From positions 42,904,001-42,968,000 of the forward strand of contig NC_042999.1 in the NCBI RefSeq assembly GCF_006345805.1: a stretch of 64,000 bases of DNA, in the 5' to 3' direction. Position 1 is the stretch's first letter; every line of letters begins with the position of its first letter. Below are positions 63,180 through 64,000 of the stretch, piece after piece. Made by a program: the position numbers and the translations under genes. The notes below the pieces were generated by a model, which worked only from the letters and a program-made list of their open reading frames with translations, searched no databases and was not told the origin of the DNA. Origin of the DNA: Octopus sinensis. Taxonomy: Eukaryota.

Positions 63180-63830
63180 GAACAGTGTTGTGTTAATTAT
63201 GTTGTATTGTTGGATTGTGATTTGTTACAGATGTATTGTGTGAGCAGTATATTGTGTTGTGGGTTATGTGTTATGTTGTGAGTTGTATACCATTGTGAGT
63301 CAGAAGTTGTACAGTAATGTCATTGTATGGATATATACTGTATGGTTGTTGTTTTTTGTTTGGTGAGTTACACATTGCATTGTGGGTTCTATGTTATATA
63401 ATGGATTGTATGTTGTATTGTGAGTTACATGTGTTGTGAGTTGTATCCTGTGTGAGTCATAGATTGTGTTGTATTGTGAGTTGTATACCATATTGTGAAT
63501 GGTATATTATGTTGTGGGTTGTATATTGCGTTGTGAGTTGTATACTGTGCTATGAGTTGTATATTACATTGTGAATGGTATGTTGTGTTGTGAGTGATAT
63601 GTTGTATTGTGAGTGGTATGTTGTGAGTTGTATACTGTGCTGTGAGTTGTATGTTGTATTGTGAGGTGAATATTGTGTTGTGAGTTGCATACAATGTTGC
63701 AGATTATATGCTTTGTTGTGAGTTGTAAGTTGAATTGTGATATAGGTCTTTGTTATATAATATGTTGTATTTTGTCTTGTGTGTTTTGTTGTGAGCTGTA
63801 TGTTGTTATGAGTTGCATGTTGTGATTTAA
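63180..63830. repeat. Degenerate TG-rich minisatellite (TGTGTTGTGAGTTGTA-like)
   Basis: Recurrent GTTGTGAGTTGTAT motif. Confidence 0.8.
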
Positions 63831-64000
63831 ATGAGATCTAACACACATTACATCACAAGGTAAACTTTACATGTCATATTGTTTCATATGATAATGGTTT
63901 CCATTGCAGTCTCCCAGTGGCTCTAAAACAAAGGCATATGTTCCCAAACATCGTTCTGGTGCTTATGCGGTCTTAGTAACTCTGTTCAGAAGTCAGAAGG

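Overview
Eukaryotic, AT-rich, repeat-dense DNA. The tRNA-derived SINE families, Helitrons and (TA)n/(TATG)n tracts point to an octopus (coleoid cephalopod) genome; this is recognition, not a database result. Bases 1-19.5 kb are a ~101-bp satellite array with higher-order structure. Bases 19.5-48 kb are a nest of decayed elements: two tandem U2 snRNA-like copies, Helitrons, Dong/R4, CR1 and RTE LINE relics, a DD41D transposon and SINEs. The most notable part is a cluster of Penelope-like (PLE) pieces inserted in (TA)n tracts that carry type I hammerhead ribozymes: a head-to-head palindromic pair at 30.7/30.85 kb, a tandem pair 557 nt apart at 32.4/32.9 kb, a 35-nt minimal one at 49.75 kb, and variant or degenerate ones. 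Bases 49-64 kb contain the 5' exons of MUS81 (+ strand), whose introns hold MITEs, SINEs and a CpG-decayed 18S rRNA fragment. Almost all ORFs in the supplied track are microsatellite or satellite artefacts. All alignments and folds were done by eye, and boundaries of decayed elements are approximate.
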